DNA of 64,000 nt from Deltaproteobacteria bacterium HGW-Deltaproteobacteria-19 (GTDB taxonomy: Bacteria > Desulfobacterota > Syntrophia > Syntrophales > PHBD01), in NCBI GenBank assembly GCA_002841865.1, contig PHBD01000001.1, forward strand, positions 151,001 through 215,000, read 5' to 3'. A program made the position numbers and the translations under genes. The notes beneath the pieces were generated by a model. The model worked only from the letters and a program-made list of their open reading frames with translations, had not been told where the DNA came from and ran no database searches. Below, one piece after another: positions 43,856 through 54,109 of the stretch. How positions within the stretch are numbered: position 1 is the first letter of the stretch; each line of letters opens with the position of its first letter.

Positions 43856-44301
43856 GCCAGGCGACAGTCCAAAATCGAAATATCCGTTATCGCTTCCCTG
43901 TTCTTTTCTACATGTTCCTTCTTTTCTGTCTCTCATCCATGCCTGGTCCGCCCCCCGATGCTTCGGCCATCCCGAATTTCGACAAGATTCTTCACTTTTT
44001 GGCCTATACAGGTCTCGGCGTGGTTCTGATGCACCTCTTCCATACCTCTCCGACGCAGCGAATCGCCCGCCAGGCAATTTTTCTGACCATCCTCACGGGT
44101 ACGATGTATGGCATGAGCGACGAGTGGCATCAATCCTTCATTCCCGGTCGAGATGCCTCTCTCCTTGATGCCGCTTTCGACAGCCTCGGCTGTATGGCGG
44201 CGGCATTGCTGTACCGACCGCTCGGTCGCCGATTTATATTCCCCAGCATGAATGTCGCACAGGGGAATGAAAGGGACCTCACATGCCCCCCCCCTTCCTG
44301 A
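43852..44301 (+). CDS. VanZ family membrane protein
   Basis: DKILHFLAY, YGMSDEWHQSFIPGR.AS..D...D; ATGA overlap with upstream gene. Confidence 0.9.
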   Translation: MSQATVQNRNIRYRFPVLFYMFLLFCLSSMPGPPPDASAIPNFDKILHFLAYTGLGVVLMHLFHTSPTQRIARQAIFLTILTGTMYGMSDEWHQSFIPGRDASLLDAAFDSLGCMAAALLYRPLGRRFIFPSMNVAQGNERDLTCPPPS

Positions 44302-44981
44302 TTGCGATCGATGGTCCCGCCGGAGCCGGCAAGAGCACGGTAGCCAAGGCACTGGCTCGTTGCCTGTCCTTTCTATATTTGGATACCGGTGCCCTTTATC
44401 GGGCTCTGGCGCTCAAGGCACAGAGGGAAGGGATCCCATCGGCCGATGCGGCTGCACTCGACAGTTTGTGCGAAAGGACGAAAATCGATCTTCTCCAGGG
44501 CGATGCTGGCATGCGGGTATTGCTGGATGGGGAGGATGTGACGTCAAAAATCCGGGGTGAACCGATCAGCATTCTGGCATCCGCCATTTCGGCGCATGGA
44601 CCAGTTCGAAAAGCGCTTCTTTCCGTCCAGAGACGGGTCGCCGAACAGGGATCGCTTGTTGCGGAGGGACGCGACATGGGAACGGTGGTCTTCCCTGAGG
44701 CAGACGTCAAATTTTATCTGGATGCCGCACCGGAAGAAAGGGCGCTCCGGAGATACAGGGAACTGGAACATTCCCATGAAAACGTGAATCTTGACTCGGT
44801 ACATCAGGACCTTCAGAAAAGGGACCGGCAGGACCGTCTGCGATCCGTGGCTCCTTTGAGGATTGCCGAGGGATCTCACGTGATCGACTGCTCGCTCCTG
44901 ACAGCCGAGGAAGTCGTGGAGGAAATGCTTTGCGAGGTCGGAAGGAGGCAGAGGAATCGCCGGAAATGCAGGGAGGATTGA
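44283..44981 (+). CDS. cmk: Cytidylate kinase
   Basis: IAIDGPAGAGKST, YLDTGALYRA, VAEGRDMGTVVFP, RDRQD. Confidence 0.96.
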   Translation: MPPPFLIAIDGPAGAGKSTVAKALARCLSFLYLDTGALYRALALKAQREGIPSADAAALDSLCERTKIDLLQGDAGMRVLLDGEDVTSKIRGEPISILASAISAHGPVRKALLSVQRRVAEQGSLVAEGRDMGTVVFPEADVKFYLDAAPEERALRRYRELEHSHENVNLDSVHQDLQKRDRQDRLRSVAPLRIAEGSHVIDCSLLTAEEVVEEMLCEVGRRQRNRRKCRED

Positions 44982-45149
44982 GTCCAACCTGTTTCAGATA
45001 AGGACAAAACGGATTGATTCGCAGGCCCAAAAGGGAAAGTCCGCTTTTTTCGATACGTTCCCTGATTGAAATTACTTGATCTTTAATGATGCCTATGTTA
45101 GGCGGCTTAGTTCATACGGGTTGAAAAATTTCAGGGGGTATTCAGGTCT

Positions 45150-46910
45150 ATGGCCAACGGCAACGACATGACGGTTAATCAGGAAACAGACAAGGAAAAC
45201 CAGAGTCAATCCAGCGAAATCCAGACTGACAAATCAGATGAGGGGTTCGGTTTCAAGGAACTGTATGAGCAGAGCCTTCAGAACCTCCAGATGGGTGAAA
45301 TCGTCCGGGGTAAGGTCGTGCAGATCGGCCTGGACGTGATCATGGTGGATGTGGGCTGGAAGACGGAAGGTTACATCCTGGCACGGGAACTAAAGGACGC
45401 CGACGGAAACATCACCGTCGCTGTCGGAGATGAAATCGAGATTCTAGTAGACAAGAGGGATTCGGATGGCAATCTGGTTCTCTCAAGGGAAAAGGCGGCG
45501 AAAATCAAAGTATGGGAAAATGTCCGCTCCGCCTATGAACAAAACAGAGCTATCCGCGGGACCATTGTCGAACGTCTCAAGGGGGGACTATCCGTAGATA
45601 TAGGGATTCCGGCATTTCTACCCGGATCGCAGGTGGATATCAGGCCGGTTCGGGATCTGGAGCGATATATCGGCCAGACCTATCTTTTTGAAATCCTCAA
45701 GTACGACCGAAAACGAAACAATGTGGTTCTTTCCCGGAGAACCATTCTTGAGCGGGAACGGGAAGAGCTGAAGAAAGAGACCCTCGGCAAGATCGAAGAA
45801 GGAATCATCGTCGAAGGGATCATCAAGAACATCACAGACTACGGAATATTCGTAGATCTGGGCGGAATCGACGGCCTTCTTCATGTGACGGACATCTCCT
45901 GGGGCAGGATCTCCAGACCTTCGGATGGTTTCTCGCGAGGTGACAAGATCACGGTCAAAGTTCTTTCCTTCGACCGTGAAAAGGAGAGGGTATCCCTCGG
46001 CCTCAAGCAGCTTGCCGATAACCCATGGCATACAATTCTGGAGAAGTATCCCGTCGGATCCGTCATTGACGGCCGCGTCGTGAACGTCACCGATTACGGT
46101 GCATTCATCGAGTTGGAACCAGGCGTAGAAGGCCTTATCCACATTTCGGAGATGTTCTGGACCCGGGAGATTCGCCATCCATCGAAGGTGCTTCAGGTAG
46201 GACAGAAGGTTCAGGTCATGATTCTGGACATCAACCAGGAATCGAAGCGCATTTCTCTCGGACTCAAACAGACCACGCAAAATCCCTGGGAGAACCTCCG
46301 CCAGAAGTATCCCGAAGGGACAGTCATTCGCGGGACGATCCGGAACATCACCAATTTCGGAATCTTCGTGGGCGTTGAGGACGGCATTGACGGCCTGGTT
46401 CATGTATCGGACATCTCCTGGAAACAGCGTGTGAAACACCCCTCGGAGTTCTACAAGAAGGGACAGGAAATCGAGGCCGTGGTTCTCCATGTGGACGTGG
46501 AAAACGAAAAGTTCTCCCTGGGCATCAAACAGATCGAGAGAAACCCCTGGGAAGAGCTGGCCCAGCGCTTTGCCACAGGCACCATCGTTTCAGGAAAGGT
46601 GACCAACCTGACGGACTTCGGAATCTTTGTCGAGATCGAGGAGGGCATCGAAGGTCTCGTCCACATCTCCGAACTGAGCCAGCGGCGCGTCAAATCTCCC
46701 TCGGAGTTGTTTGCCGTGGGAGATGTGATCTCCGCCGTTGTCAAGAGTGTGGATTCGAAGAACCGTAAGATCCGCCTTAGCGTCAAGGATTACGAGGCTT
46801 CCGTGGACGGCAGCCATTCCACCACGCAATACCTCAACAACCGGGAGAACATCGGATCCAATCTGGGGAAAGCGCTGGCAAACGCTAAACTTCAAGATCC
46901 GGAGCGGTGA
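45150..46910 (+). CDS. rpsA: 30S ribosomal protein S1
   Basis: Six S1 repeats (AFLPGSQVD, GIDGLLHVTDISW, GVEGLIHISEM, GIDGLVHVSDISW, GIEGLVHISEL). Confidence 0.98.
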   Translation: MANGNDMTVNQETDKENQSQSSEIQTDKSDEGFGFKELYEQSLQNLQMGEIVRGKVVQIGLDVIMVDVGWKTEGYILARELKDADGNITVAVGDEIEILVDKRDSDGNLVLSREKAAKIKVWENVRSAYEQNRAIRGTIVERLKGGLSVDIGIPAFLPGSQVDIRPVRDLERYIGQTYLFEILKYDRKRNNVVLSRRTILEREREELKKETLGKIEEGIIVEGIIKNITDYGIFVDLGGIDGLLHVTDISWGRISRPSDGFSRGDKITVKVLSFDREKERVSLGLKQLADNPWHTILEKYPVGSVIDGRVVNVTDYGAFIELEPGVEGLIHISEMFWTREIRHPSKVLQVGQKVQVMILDINQESKRISLGLKQTTQNPWENLRQKYPEGTVIRGTIRNITNFGIFVGVEDGIDGLVHVSDISWKQRVKHPSEFYKKGQEIEAVVLHVDVENEKFSLGIKQIERNPWEELAQRFATGTIVSGKVTNLTDFGIFVEIEEGIEGLVHISELSQRRVKSPSELFAVGDVISAVVKSVDSKNRKIRLSVKDYEASVDGSHSTTQYLNNRENIGSNLGKALANAKLQDPER

Positions 46911-46935
46911 AGTCCCGGAAAGCGCTCCCAGAGTC

Positions 46936-47841
46936 ATGATCCGAAGACATCCTATCCTTTTCGGCCTGTTGATGCTCCTTGTCGCGGGAACGGCATTTTT
47001 CGCAGCCGTTTATACCCTCGGCAACCTTTCCGGTGGGAAGCGATCCCTCACCCTGGCGGACAAGGTCGGGGTCGTAACGGTCGACGGCGTGATCACGGGC
47101 TCCAAAGACACCGTGGAGCAGCTTGAAGCGTTTGGGAAAGATCCTTCCATCAAAGCCGTGGTTCTTAGGATCGATTCTCCCGGTGGAGGCGTTGCACCGT
47201 CACAGGAGATCTTCGGAGCCATCCTGGAGTTGAGGAAAAAGAAAAAAGTCGTTGCCTCCCTCGGCTCAATCGCCGCTTCAGGAGGGTATCTGATCGCCTG
47301 CGCATCCGATCGTATCATCTCAAATCCAGGGACCATCACGGGAAGCATCTCCGCAATCATGCACTTCGCCAATGCCGAAGAGCTGATGAAGAAGATCGGC
47401 GTCCGGGCAACTGTCATCAAGAGTGGAAAATTCAAGGATATCGGAACACCCGCCCGGGGCATGACGGATGAGGAGCGGGAACTCCTCCAGGACCTCGTCG
47501 ACGACATTTACGATCAGTTTCTCGATTCGGTCGCAGTCAACCGGAAGCTTTCAAAGGATGCTCTTCGCACCTTTGCGGACGGACGTGTTTTTTCCGGTCG
47601 CAGGGCCATGAAGCTCGGTCTTGTGGATGAGTTGGGAGACATGACAACGGCCGTTCGCGTAGCCGGTGCTCTTTCCGGAATCAAGGGAGATCCCGAGGTT
47701 ATCTGGCCGCCCAAAAAACGTTCCTCCCTGTTTGAATTCCTGCTTCAGGATGCACGATCTTATGTAGTCAAGGCCCTGCGGGAGCAACCTGCTGGTCCGG
47801 TTGGCGCACATTACCTGTATCTGAACGGATCCACTCTGTGA
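46936..47841 (+). CDS. sppA: Signal peptide peptidase SppA (short type)
   Basis: N-terminal TM; LRIDSPGG, AASGGYLIA, TITGSIS, KSGKFKD, DGRVFSG..A..LGLVDELG. Confidence 0.93.
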   Translation: MIRRHPILFGLLMLLVAGTAFFAAVYTLGNLSGGKRSLTLADKVGVVTVDGVITGSKDTVEQLEAFGKDPSIKAVVLRIDSPGGGVAPSQEIFGAILELRKKKKVVASLGSIAASGGYLIACASDRIISNPGTITGSISAIMHFANAEELMKKIGVRATVIKSGKFKDIGTPARGMTDEERELLQDLVDDIYDQFLDSVAVNRKLSKDALRTFADGRVFSGRRAMKLGLVDELGDMTTAVRVAGALSGIKGDPEVIWPPKKRSSLFEFLLQDARSYVVKALREQPAGPVGAHYLYLNGSTL

Positions 47842-47872
47842 GATTGAATCCGTTCAACAAAGGATTTCCGGC

Positions 47873-48661
47873 ATGAACCAGACAACGGAAGATGCAACGA
47901 TACTCCTAGAGAAACGGAACAGCATCGCTATCCTGACGCTGAACCGCCCCCACGAGATGAATGCATTGTCTTCCGATATGCGCCGGGAGCTGATGGAGGC
48001 ACTGCTTCTCCTGGAGGATGATTGCGATGTTCGTGCGATTGTGCTGACCGGCGGCGAGTATGTTTTCTCCGCCGGCATGGACATCAAGGAAATGTCAGAG
48101 ATTCTCGACGAACAGATCGACGATTATTTTCGCTCCATGGTCCGCTACCTTTCCAAGATCTACACATTCCGCAAGCCCGTGGTCGCCGCAGTCGGAGGAA
48201 TCGCCCTCGGCGGAGGCTTCAACCTGGCCGTTGTCTGCGACATCATCATCGCCTCCGAAAGCGCTATTTTCGGCCATCCCGAATTGAAATTCGGACTGAA
48301 TCCACTTTTCGGACCACTCATGCAACTGGTCGGCATGGCCAAAGCTAAGGAAATCACAATGCTGGGAGAGCCGATCGGCGCCCGGGAGGCCCTTCGCATC
48401 GGCCTGATCAACAAGGTGGCGCCCCCGGACAACTTCATGAAAGAGGCAGTGGCCATGGCGGAAGAACTGGCGAAACGGTCCCCCAAAGCCTTGGAAGCGG
48501 TAAAAAAACTGTCTGATGTCGTGCCACGCCTCGACAAGGCGTCTGCCTTGGATCTAGAATTCGTCTCCAGCGCTTTCCTTTTCTCCACTCCCGAACGCAA
48601 GGTTCTGATGAATGAATTCATCATGAATCAGTTCCTGCACAAGATGCACAAGCCCTCCTGA
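47873..48661 (+). CDS. Enoyl-CoA hydratase/isomerase family protein
   Basis: TLNRP..MNALS, FSAGMDI, KPVVAAVGGIALGGG, FGHPELKFG. Confidence 0.92.
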   Translation: MNQTTEDATILLEKRNSIAILTLNRPHEMNALSSDMRRELMEALLLLEDDCDVRAIVLTGGEYVFSAGMDIKEMSEILDEQIDDYFRSMVRYLSKIYTFRKPVVAAVGGIALGGGFNLAVVCDIIIASESAIFGHPELKFGLNPLFGPLMQLVGMAKAKEITMLGEPIGAREALRIGLINKVAPPDNFMKEAVAMAEELAKRSPKALEAVKKLSDVVPRLDKASALDLEFVSSAFLFSTPERKVLMNEFIMNQFLHKMHKPS

Positions 48662-48817
48662 CCTGTTCGGCCCGCCAATGCCCGAATCTCCTCGATTCCC
48701 GCACAACAATTGCTTTGACAATCCCAAATTCCTGATATAGAAACAGCGGGTTCGCAAAGCCCCATCCATGTAGTAACCAGCGTGTATTTCACGGATTTCC
48801 GGGAAAGGGATCGACCT

Positions 48818-50128
48818 ATGAAAACCATATCGCTCGGACTGATCGGTTTTGGCACCGTTGGTACCGGAGTGGTCCGGATCCTCCAGGAAAGCGCCGACAT
48901 GCTCTCCCGTAGACTGGGAGCGAAGATCGTCCTGAAACGGATTGCTGATCTGGACATCGAGAGCCCGCGCGCCGCCTCCGTGGACAGAAACCTGCTGACA
49001 ACTGATGCGGGGATTATCCTGTCCGATCCGGAGATCGACATCGTTATTGAACTTGTCGGGGGATATGAGCCGGCCCGGACATTCATTCTCCAGGCCGTGA
49101 AGAATAACAAACACGTCGTTACCGCCAACAAGGCCCTTCTGGCCACACACGGCGATGAGATATTCCGCGCCGCCGAATCTGCAAAGGTGGACATCGGCTT
49201 CGAGGCCAGCGTCGGGGGGACCATTCCCATCATCAAGACGCTCAAGGAATCCCTTGTGGCCAACCGCATCCTGTCGATCCTGGGGATCATGAACGGCACC
49301 TCCAACTTCATACTCACCAAGATGACCGACGAGGGAAAAGCCTTCGACGTCGTCCTCCGGGAGGCCCAAGCCCTTGGTTTTGCCGAGGCAGACCCGACCT
49401 TTGATATCGAAGGAACCGATACGGCTCATAAACTGGCGATTACCCTTTCTCTCGCGTACGGCAAGCGAGTCAATCTCAGCGACCTTTACAGGGAGGGAAT
49501 CACCCGAATCAGCGAACAGGACATCGAATTCGCCCGCGAACTCGGCTACCGGATCAAGCTTCTTGCAATCGCCATTCAGCGGGGACAGGCCGTGGAGGCG
49601 CGGATCCATCCCACGATGATTCCATCGAATCACCTGCTGGCCAATGTGAACGGAAATTTCAATGCCTTCCATATCGTGGGAGATGCGGCGGACTCTGTTT
49701 TTCTCTATGGGCAGGGCGCGGGCATGATGCCGACGGCCAGTGCCGTCATCGGAGATGTGGTGGACATCTCACGCCAGATACTCAAAGGTATCTCCTGCAG
49801 GGTTCCTCACCGGACCCTCGGGGAAGATTTCCTCGAAGACATTCGCCTTGTCCCTTTTGACGAGATGACGACAAACTACTACTTCCGCTTCACCGCCGCT
49901 GACCGGGCCGGGGTTCTGTCGAAGATCTCTGGTATTCTGGGCGAAAAGAACATCAGCATCGCCTCCGTCATTCAGAAAGGAAAAAAGCAGGGCGGGGCCG
50001 TACCGGTCGTGATGACCACCTACAAGGCCAGGGAAAAGGATGTTCGGGAAGCCCTCGAGCATATCGACCGGCTTGACGTGGTCCACGGAGAAACGATCGT
50101 GATCCGGATCGAGGACGAAAATCTGTAA
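48818..50128 (+). CDS. hom: Homoserine dehydrogenase with C-terminal ACT domain
   Basis: GFGTVG, HVVTANKA, FEASVGGTIP, GIMNGTSNFIL, GFAEADPTFD, GAGMMPTASAV; ACT (DRAGVLSKISGILG). Confidence 0.96.
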   Translation: MKTISLGLIGFGTVGTGVVRILQESADMLSRRLGAKIVLKRIADLDIESPRAASVDRNLLTTDAGIILSDPEIDIVIELVGGYEPARTFILQAVKNNKHVVTANKALLATHGDEIFRAAESAKVDIGFEASVGGTIPIIKTLKESLVANRILSILGIMNGTSNFILTKMTDEGKAFDVVLREAQALGFAEADPTFDIEGTDTAHKLAITLSLAYGKRVNLSDLYREGITRISEQDIEFARELGYRIKLLAIAIQRGQAVEARIHPTMIPSNHLLANVNGNFNAFHIVGDAADSVFLYGQGAGMMPTASAVIGDVVDISRQILKGISCRVPHRTLGEDFLEDIRLVPFDEMTTNYYFRFTAADRAGVLSKISGILGEKNISIASVIQKGKKQGGAVPVVMTTYKAREKDVREALEHIDRLDVVHGETIVIRIEDENL

Positions 50129-51339
50129 TGAAATATGCAATCCTTCTGGGAGACGGAATGGCGGACCGGCCTCTGGCCGAACTGGGTGGAAAAACGCCCC
50201 TGGAGGCCGCCCGGACACCCAATATGGACCGTATTGCCGGAACAGGCCTGATCGGGCTCGTGGATACCATCCCGGAAGGACTCAAGCCGGGCAGTGACGT
50301 GGCAAACCTGTCCGTGCTCGGCTACGACCCGCGTCGCGTCTACAGCGGCCGGGGACCTCTTGAAGCGGCCAACATGGGTGTCCGTCTTGAATCCGGCGAC
50401 GTGGCGTTCCGCTGCAACCTGGTGACCCTCGGGGGGGATCGCCTGGACGTGATGGACAGCTACAGTGCCGGCCACATCGGAACGGACGAGGCCGCGCAGA
50501 TCATAGCCGACCTGCAGCGCTCCCTGGGAAGCAGGGAATTCCAGTTCCACCCAGGCATCAGCTACCGGCACCTCCTGGTCTGGAAGGGGGGGAAGTCCTC
50601 TCTGGTCACCACTCCACCCCATGATATTACGGGGCAAAGTACGATGTCCTGCCTTCCAAAAGGGGAAGGGGAGCAGGCCATTTTGCACCTCATGAGGGAC
50701 GCCGCTCCGATTTTGAAGGACCATCCAGTCAACCGGCAGCGGATTGCAGACGGGAAAAAACCAGCCAACGCAATCTGGCCCTGGGGCCAGGGGCTTGCCC
50801 CTCGCCTCGTTCCGCTCACGGAAACATACGGCATCCGCGGGGGAATGATCTCGGCGGTGGATCTCCTGAATGGAATGGGCGTGTATGCCGGCCTGAAAGT
50901 CATCCGGGTCGAGGGCGCCACCGGCTTCACGGATACAAACTACATCGGCAAGGCGCAAAAAGCGATCGAGTCCTTGGAAGAGATGGATTTCGTCTTCGTT
51001 CACGTGGAAGCCCCCGACGAAATGGGCCATGCAGGAGATATCAACGGAAAGATCAAGGCCATCGAAGATTTCGATGAAAAGGTAGTCGGCACAGTCCTGA
51101 AGGGACTGGAAGGGCTGAGACCTTACCGGGTCATGGTGTTGAGCGATCACCCGACACCGATCGTCCTTCGAACCCACTCGGCCGAACCGAGCCCCTTCGC
51201 GGTCCTTTCCTCTGAGAGTGGAGAGAATTCGGGCCGGGGCACCGTCTACTCGGAGGCGGAAGGGAGCAGATCGGGGCTCCTGCTCTCCCCGGGGCATCAT
51301 CTGATGGAGCGGTTCATTCTGGGGCGGCTCCATGCCTAG
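50128..51339 (+). CDS. apgM: Cofactor-independent phosphoglycerate mutase, ApgM type (family proposed as alternative homoserine kinase)
   Basis: GDGMAD, KTPLEAA.TP.MD, PGSDVANLSVLGY, YSGRGPLEAA, HVEAPDEMGH, SDHPTP; TAATG coupling to hom. Confidence 0.9.
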   Translation: MKYAILLGDGMADRPLAELGGKTPLEAARTPNMDRIAGTGLIGLVDTIPEGLKPGSDVANLSVLGYDPRRVYSGRGPLEAANMGVRLESGDVAFRCNLVTLGGDRLDVMDSYSAGHIGTDEAAQIIADLQRSLGSREFQFHPGISYRHLLVWKGGKSSLVTTPPHDITGQSTMSCLPKGEGEQAILHLMRDAAPILKDHPVNRQRIADGKKPANAIWPWGQGLAPRLVPLTETYGIRGGMISAVDLLNGMGVYAGLKVIRVEGATGFTDTNYIGKAQKAIESLEEMDFVFVHVEAPDEMGHAGDINGKIKAIEDFDEKVVGTVLKGLEGLRPYRVMVLSDHPTPIVLRTHSAEPSPFAVLSSESGENSGRGTVYSEAEGSRSGLLLSPGHHLMERFILGRLHA

Positions 51340-51766
51340 GCATCGCGTCCAAGTCCGGGTTATCTACGCGGACACGGATGCCATGGGAATTGTCTATCAT
51401 ACGAATTATATCCGCTGGTTCGAAATCGGACGGACGGAATTGCTACGCGACATGGGCCTCAGCCACGCCCGGATGGAGGGAGAACCGTTCCTTCTGCCTC
51501 TGACCCGCGTCTATTGTCACTATCTTGTCCCGGCCCGGATCGACCAGCTATTGACGTTGGAAACGGAAATTGCCTATCTCAAACGCGCGAGTGTAAAGTT
51601 TCACTACGAGATCTGGGATGAACAGCGGGAGGTGAAAATGGTGGAGGGGTACTCGGTCCATGCCTGCACGGATCGGAACGGGCAAATTGTAAAGCTGCCT
51701 GAGTTCTGCGTCCGGCAGGTCCTTCATCACGAGCCTCAATTGAAAGGAGAAAAGCATGGCGGATAA
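51332..51766 (+). CDS. YbgC/FadM family acyl-CoA thioesterase
   Basis: VRVIYADTDAMGIVYHTNYIRWFEIGRTE. Confidence 0.92.
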   Translation: MPRHRVQVRVIYADTDAMGIVYHTNYIRWFEIGRTELLRDMGLSHARMEGEPFLLPLTRVYCHYLVPARIDQLLTLETEIAYLKRASVKFHYEIWDEQREVKMVEGYSVHACTDRNGQIVKLPEFCVRQVLHHEPQLKGEKHGG

Positions 51767-52427
51767 GACCCAGGAACTGGACCTGAAAGGGCCGGATCGC
51801 TTCCAGACCCTGATCATGGAGATAACCCGATACCTATCGGAAAACAGGAAGCAGTTTTATATCGGCACTGCAATCGCCGTTCTGCTCGTTCTTCTGGTCG
51901 GTGGGTGGTTTGTCTATCGATGGTATGATGAAAAAAGCGCCTCCGCGCTCTACGGGCAGGCAATGAGCAAGGCCCGGGGCGAACAGGTTCAGCCGGCGGA
52001 CGTCATCAAGGCCTACCAGGAGGTCGTGACCCGTCATCCTTCAAGCAATGCGGCAGCCCTGGCCTCATTCCGCCTGGGTAACATCCATTACCTCCTGAAA
52101 GACTATGACGCCTCCCTGAAAGCCTACCAGGCTTTCCTCTCCAACGCCCCTGCCCGAAGCGACCTCGTGACGCTGGCCTATACGGGGGAGGGATATTGCC
52201 ACGAGGCAAAAGGGGATTTCAAGAGTGCCCTCTCCTCTTTTGAAAAAGCGGAAAAATCGAAGGGCGGGATCCATTTCGAGTCCATAACCTTACGAAACAT
52301 CGCCCGGATTCACGAGTCCCTGAACGATTCGGCGAAGGCGCTGGAATACTACAAGAAGGCCCTGGGGAAGAGCAACGATCCCTTTGTGGAGAGTCTCATC
52401 AAGGTAAAAATCGCCACGCTGGGGTAG
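51756..52427 (+). CDS. Membrane-anchored TPR protein (YfgM-like)
   Basis: N-terminal TM after DRFQT..; multiple TPRs. Confidence 0.82.
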   Translation: MADKTQELDLKGPDRFQTLIMEITRYLSENRKQFYIGTAIAVLLVLLVGGWFVYRWYDEKSASALYGQAMSKARGEQVQPADVIKAYQEVVTRHPSSNAAALASFRLGNIHYLLKDYDASLKAYQAFLSNAPARSDLVTLAYTGEGYCHEAKGDFKSALSSFEKAEKSKGGIHFESITLRNIARIHESLNDSAKALEYYKKALGKSNDPFVESLIKVKIATLG

Positions 52428-52450
52428 GGCGACCCCCAACCTGACCAATC

Positions 52451-54109
52451 ATGCCGAGCCTATCCAATCTGCAGGCCGTTCCGGACTTCCTCAAACGCGA
52501 GGATGTCCGGTCTCGCCTGTTCTACGCTGTTCTTTTCGCGATCCTGGCTGTCCAGCTTTGGGCCGCCCTGGTCAATATTCACTTCGGAATCGACAGCATC
52601 CAGATGATGTCCGTTTTCGAATCCGATGAGACGGCGGCCGTAGCCCGTACCCAGAAGAACCTCGCCGAAGGCGACCTTTCGCCCGACGGCATGTTCCAGT
52701 ATGGTTTTTTCTTCAACACGCTGGCCTACTGGAGCATTCGTTTTTTCCAGTTCCTGGACTACAACCGGGACACGACGGTGTCTTTCCTGGCCATAAACTA
52801 CCGCCTCATCACCGTTTTTTCATTCCTCCTGCTCCTCTTTTTTTTCCAGCGCCTGTCGCTGCTCCTTGTTGAATCCCGCGAGTTGTCCTGGCTGGCCGTA
52901 CTCCTTCTTGCTTCCGTCCAGCAAATCTACTACTGGTCCCAGACGATCCACCCCGACATCACGCAGACCCTGCTGATCGTGGCGGCCGCCTGGGTAGCCA
53001 TGAAAACCCACACCTTCCGAAACGCCAACTGGGCAGCTTTTCTGGCCGGCATGGCCTTCGGAACAAAATACGGAGGGATCTTCATCCTGCCGTTTCTCTT
53101 CATCCCGGCCTTGCTGAACGATCGACCGGAAATCTCCCTGGCCGGAAAACTCCGCGGGAAAGCTCTGCCGTTTCTTCTCTGTTTTCTGCTGGGATGGCTT
53201 ATCTTTAACCCTTACGTCATTTTCAACTTCATCCATTTCGTTCGCTGGCTGAAACTGATTGTCATGTACACGCTGACAGGATTTGTCGGATCAACCGGAC
53301 AGATCACGTCGGCCAATCCATTGCTCTGGTTCCCTGTCCTCTACAGATCTTTTTTTCCATCAGGCGCCCTTGTCCTTCTGGCAGGGCTGCTTCCCGCACT
53401 GTGGTTTCTGGTCCGGGCCATGAAGCGGAAAGAAGGCCTCCGGGAACCCAATATGCTGAACCGGATTGTCATCGGAGCCTACTGCCTTTTTGCGCTTCTG
53501 TACATCCTTCTGGGCGTCAAGTCTCGCGAAGTGCGCTACGCATTTCACCTCATCCCCTTTCTCATTCTCCTGTCTTTCATCGGCTGGTCGATTCTGTCCC
53601 GTCAGATGAAGGAACAGGGAAGGGCGTTCCTTTTCTTTGCTCTGCTCATTCTTATCGTACCGGCTAACCTGAATGCTGTACACTCCATGGCTTCCTGTTC
53701 AAACAAGGAATCAGACGCCCGGCTCGCTTCAGGACGTGTCCTGGAAGAGCGGTATTCTCCAGATACAAGGATCCTGGCCGATTTTTACGCCTATGTTCCG
53801 CCCAAGTTTAAAAATACTCTGATTGAGTGGGGAATCAGAAGCGAGTCGATCAACAGGGACAATCCGCAAGTTATCATTCTCAGCCGGGCCATGACGGGTC
53901 GCTGGATCTGGAAGGCACCGGGTACGTCGTTCAGCGACGGGTCCTTTGTGACAAACCCGTCCTACCCGGAAGAGCAATTGAGATCAGGCCGGGATGTATT
54001 CTCCACTCTGTTCGGGAAATCCTCCGCTCCATATCGTCCGGTTTACGAGGATGAACATGTATTGATCCTGGAACGGCGGAATCTCCCGGAGGGAAAGGAC
54101 CAACCGTGA
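52451..54109 (+). CDS. Lipid-carrier-dependent (GT-C, ArnT/PMT-like) membrane glycosyltransferase
   Basis: About 11-13 hydrophobic segments; acidic DE pair after the first TM (FESDET), HPD, GTKY, RY; soluble C-terminal domain. Confidence 0.72.
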   Translation: MPSLSNLQAVPDFLKREDVRSRLFYAVLFAILAVQLWAALVNIHFGIDSIQMMSVFESDETAAVARTQKNLAEGDLSPDGMFQYGFFFNTLAYWSIRFFQFLDYNRDTTVSFLAINYRLITVFSFLLLLFFFQRLSLLLVESRELSWLAVLLLASVQQIYYWSQTIHPDITQTLLIVAAAWVAMKTHTFRNANWAAFLAGMAFGTKYGGIFILPFLFIPALLNDRPEISLAGKLRGKALPFLLCFLLGWLIFNPYVIFNFIHFVRWLKLIVMYTLTGFVGSTGQITSANPLLWFPVLYRSFFPSGALVLLAGLLPALWFLVRAMKRKEGLREPNMLNRIVIGAYCLFALLYILLGVKSREVRYAFHLIPFLILLSFIGWSILSRQMKEQGRAFLFFALLILIVPANLNAVHSMASCSNKESDARLASGRVLEERYSPDTRILADFYAYVPPKFKNTLIEWGIRSESINRDNPQVIILSRAMTGRWIWKAPGTSFSDGSFVTNPSYPEEQLRSGRDVFSTLFGKSSAPYRPVYEDEHVLILERRNLPEGKDQP

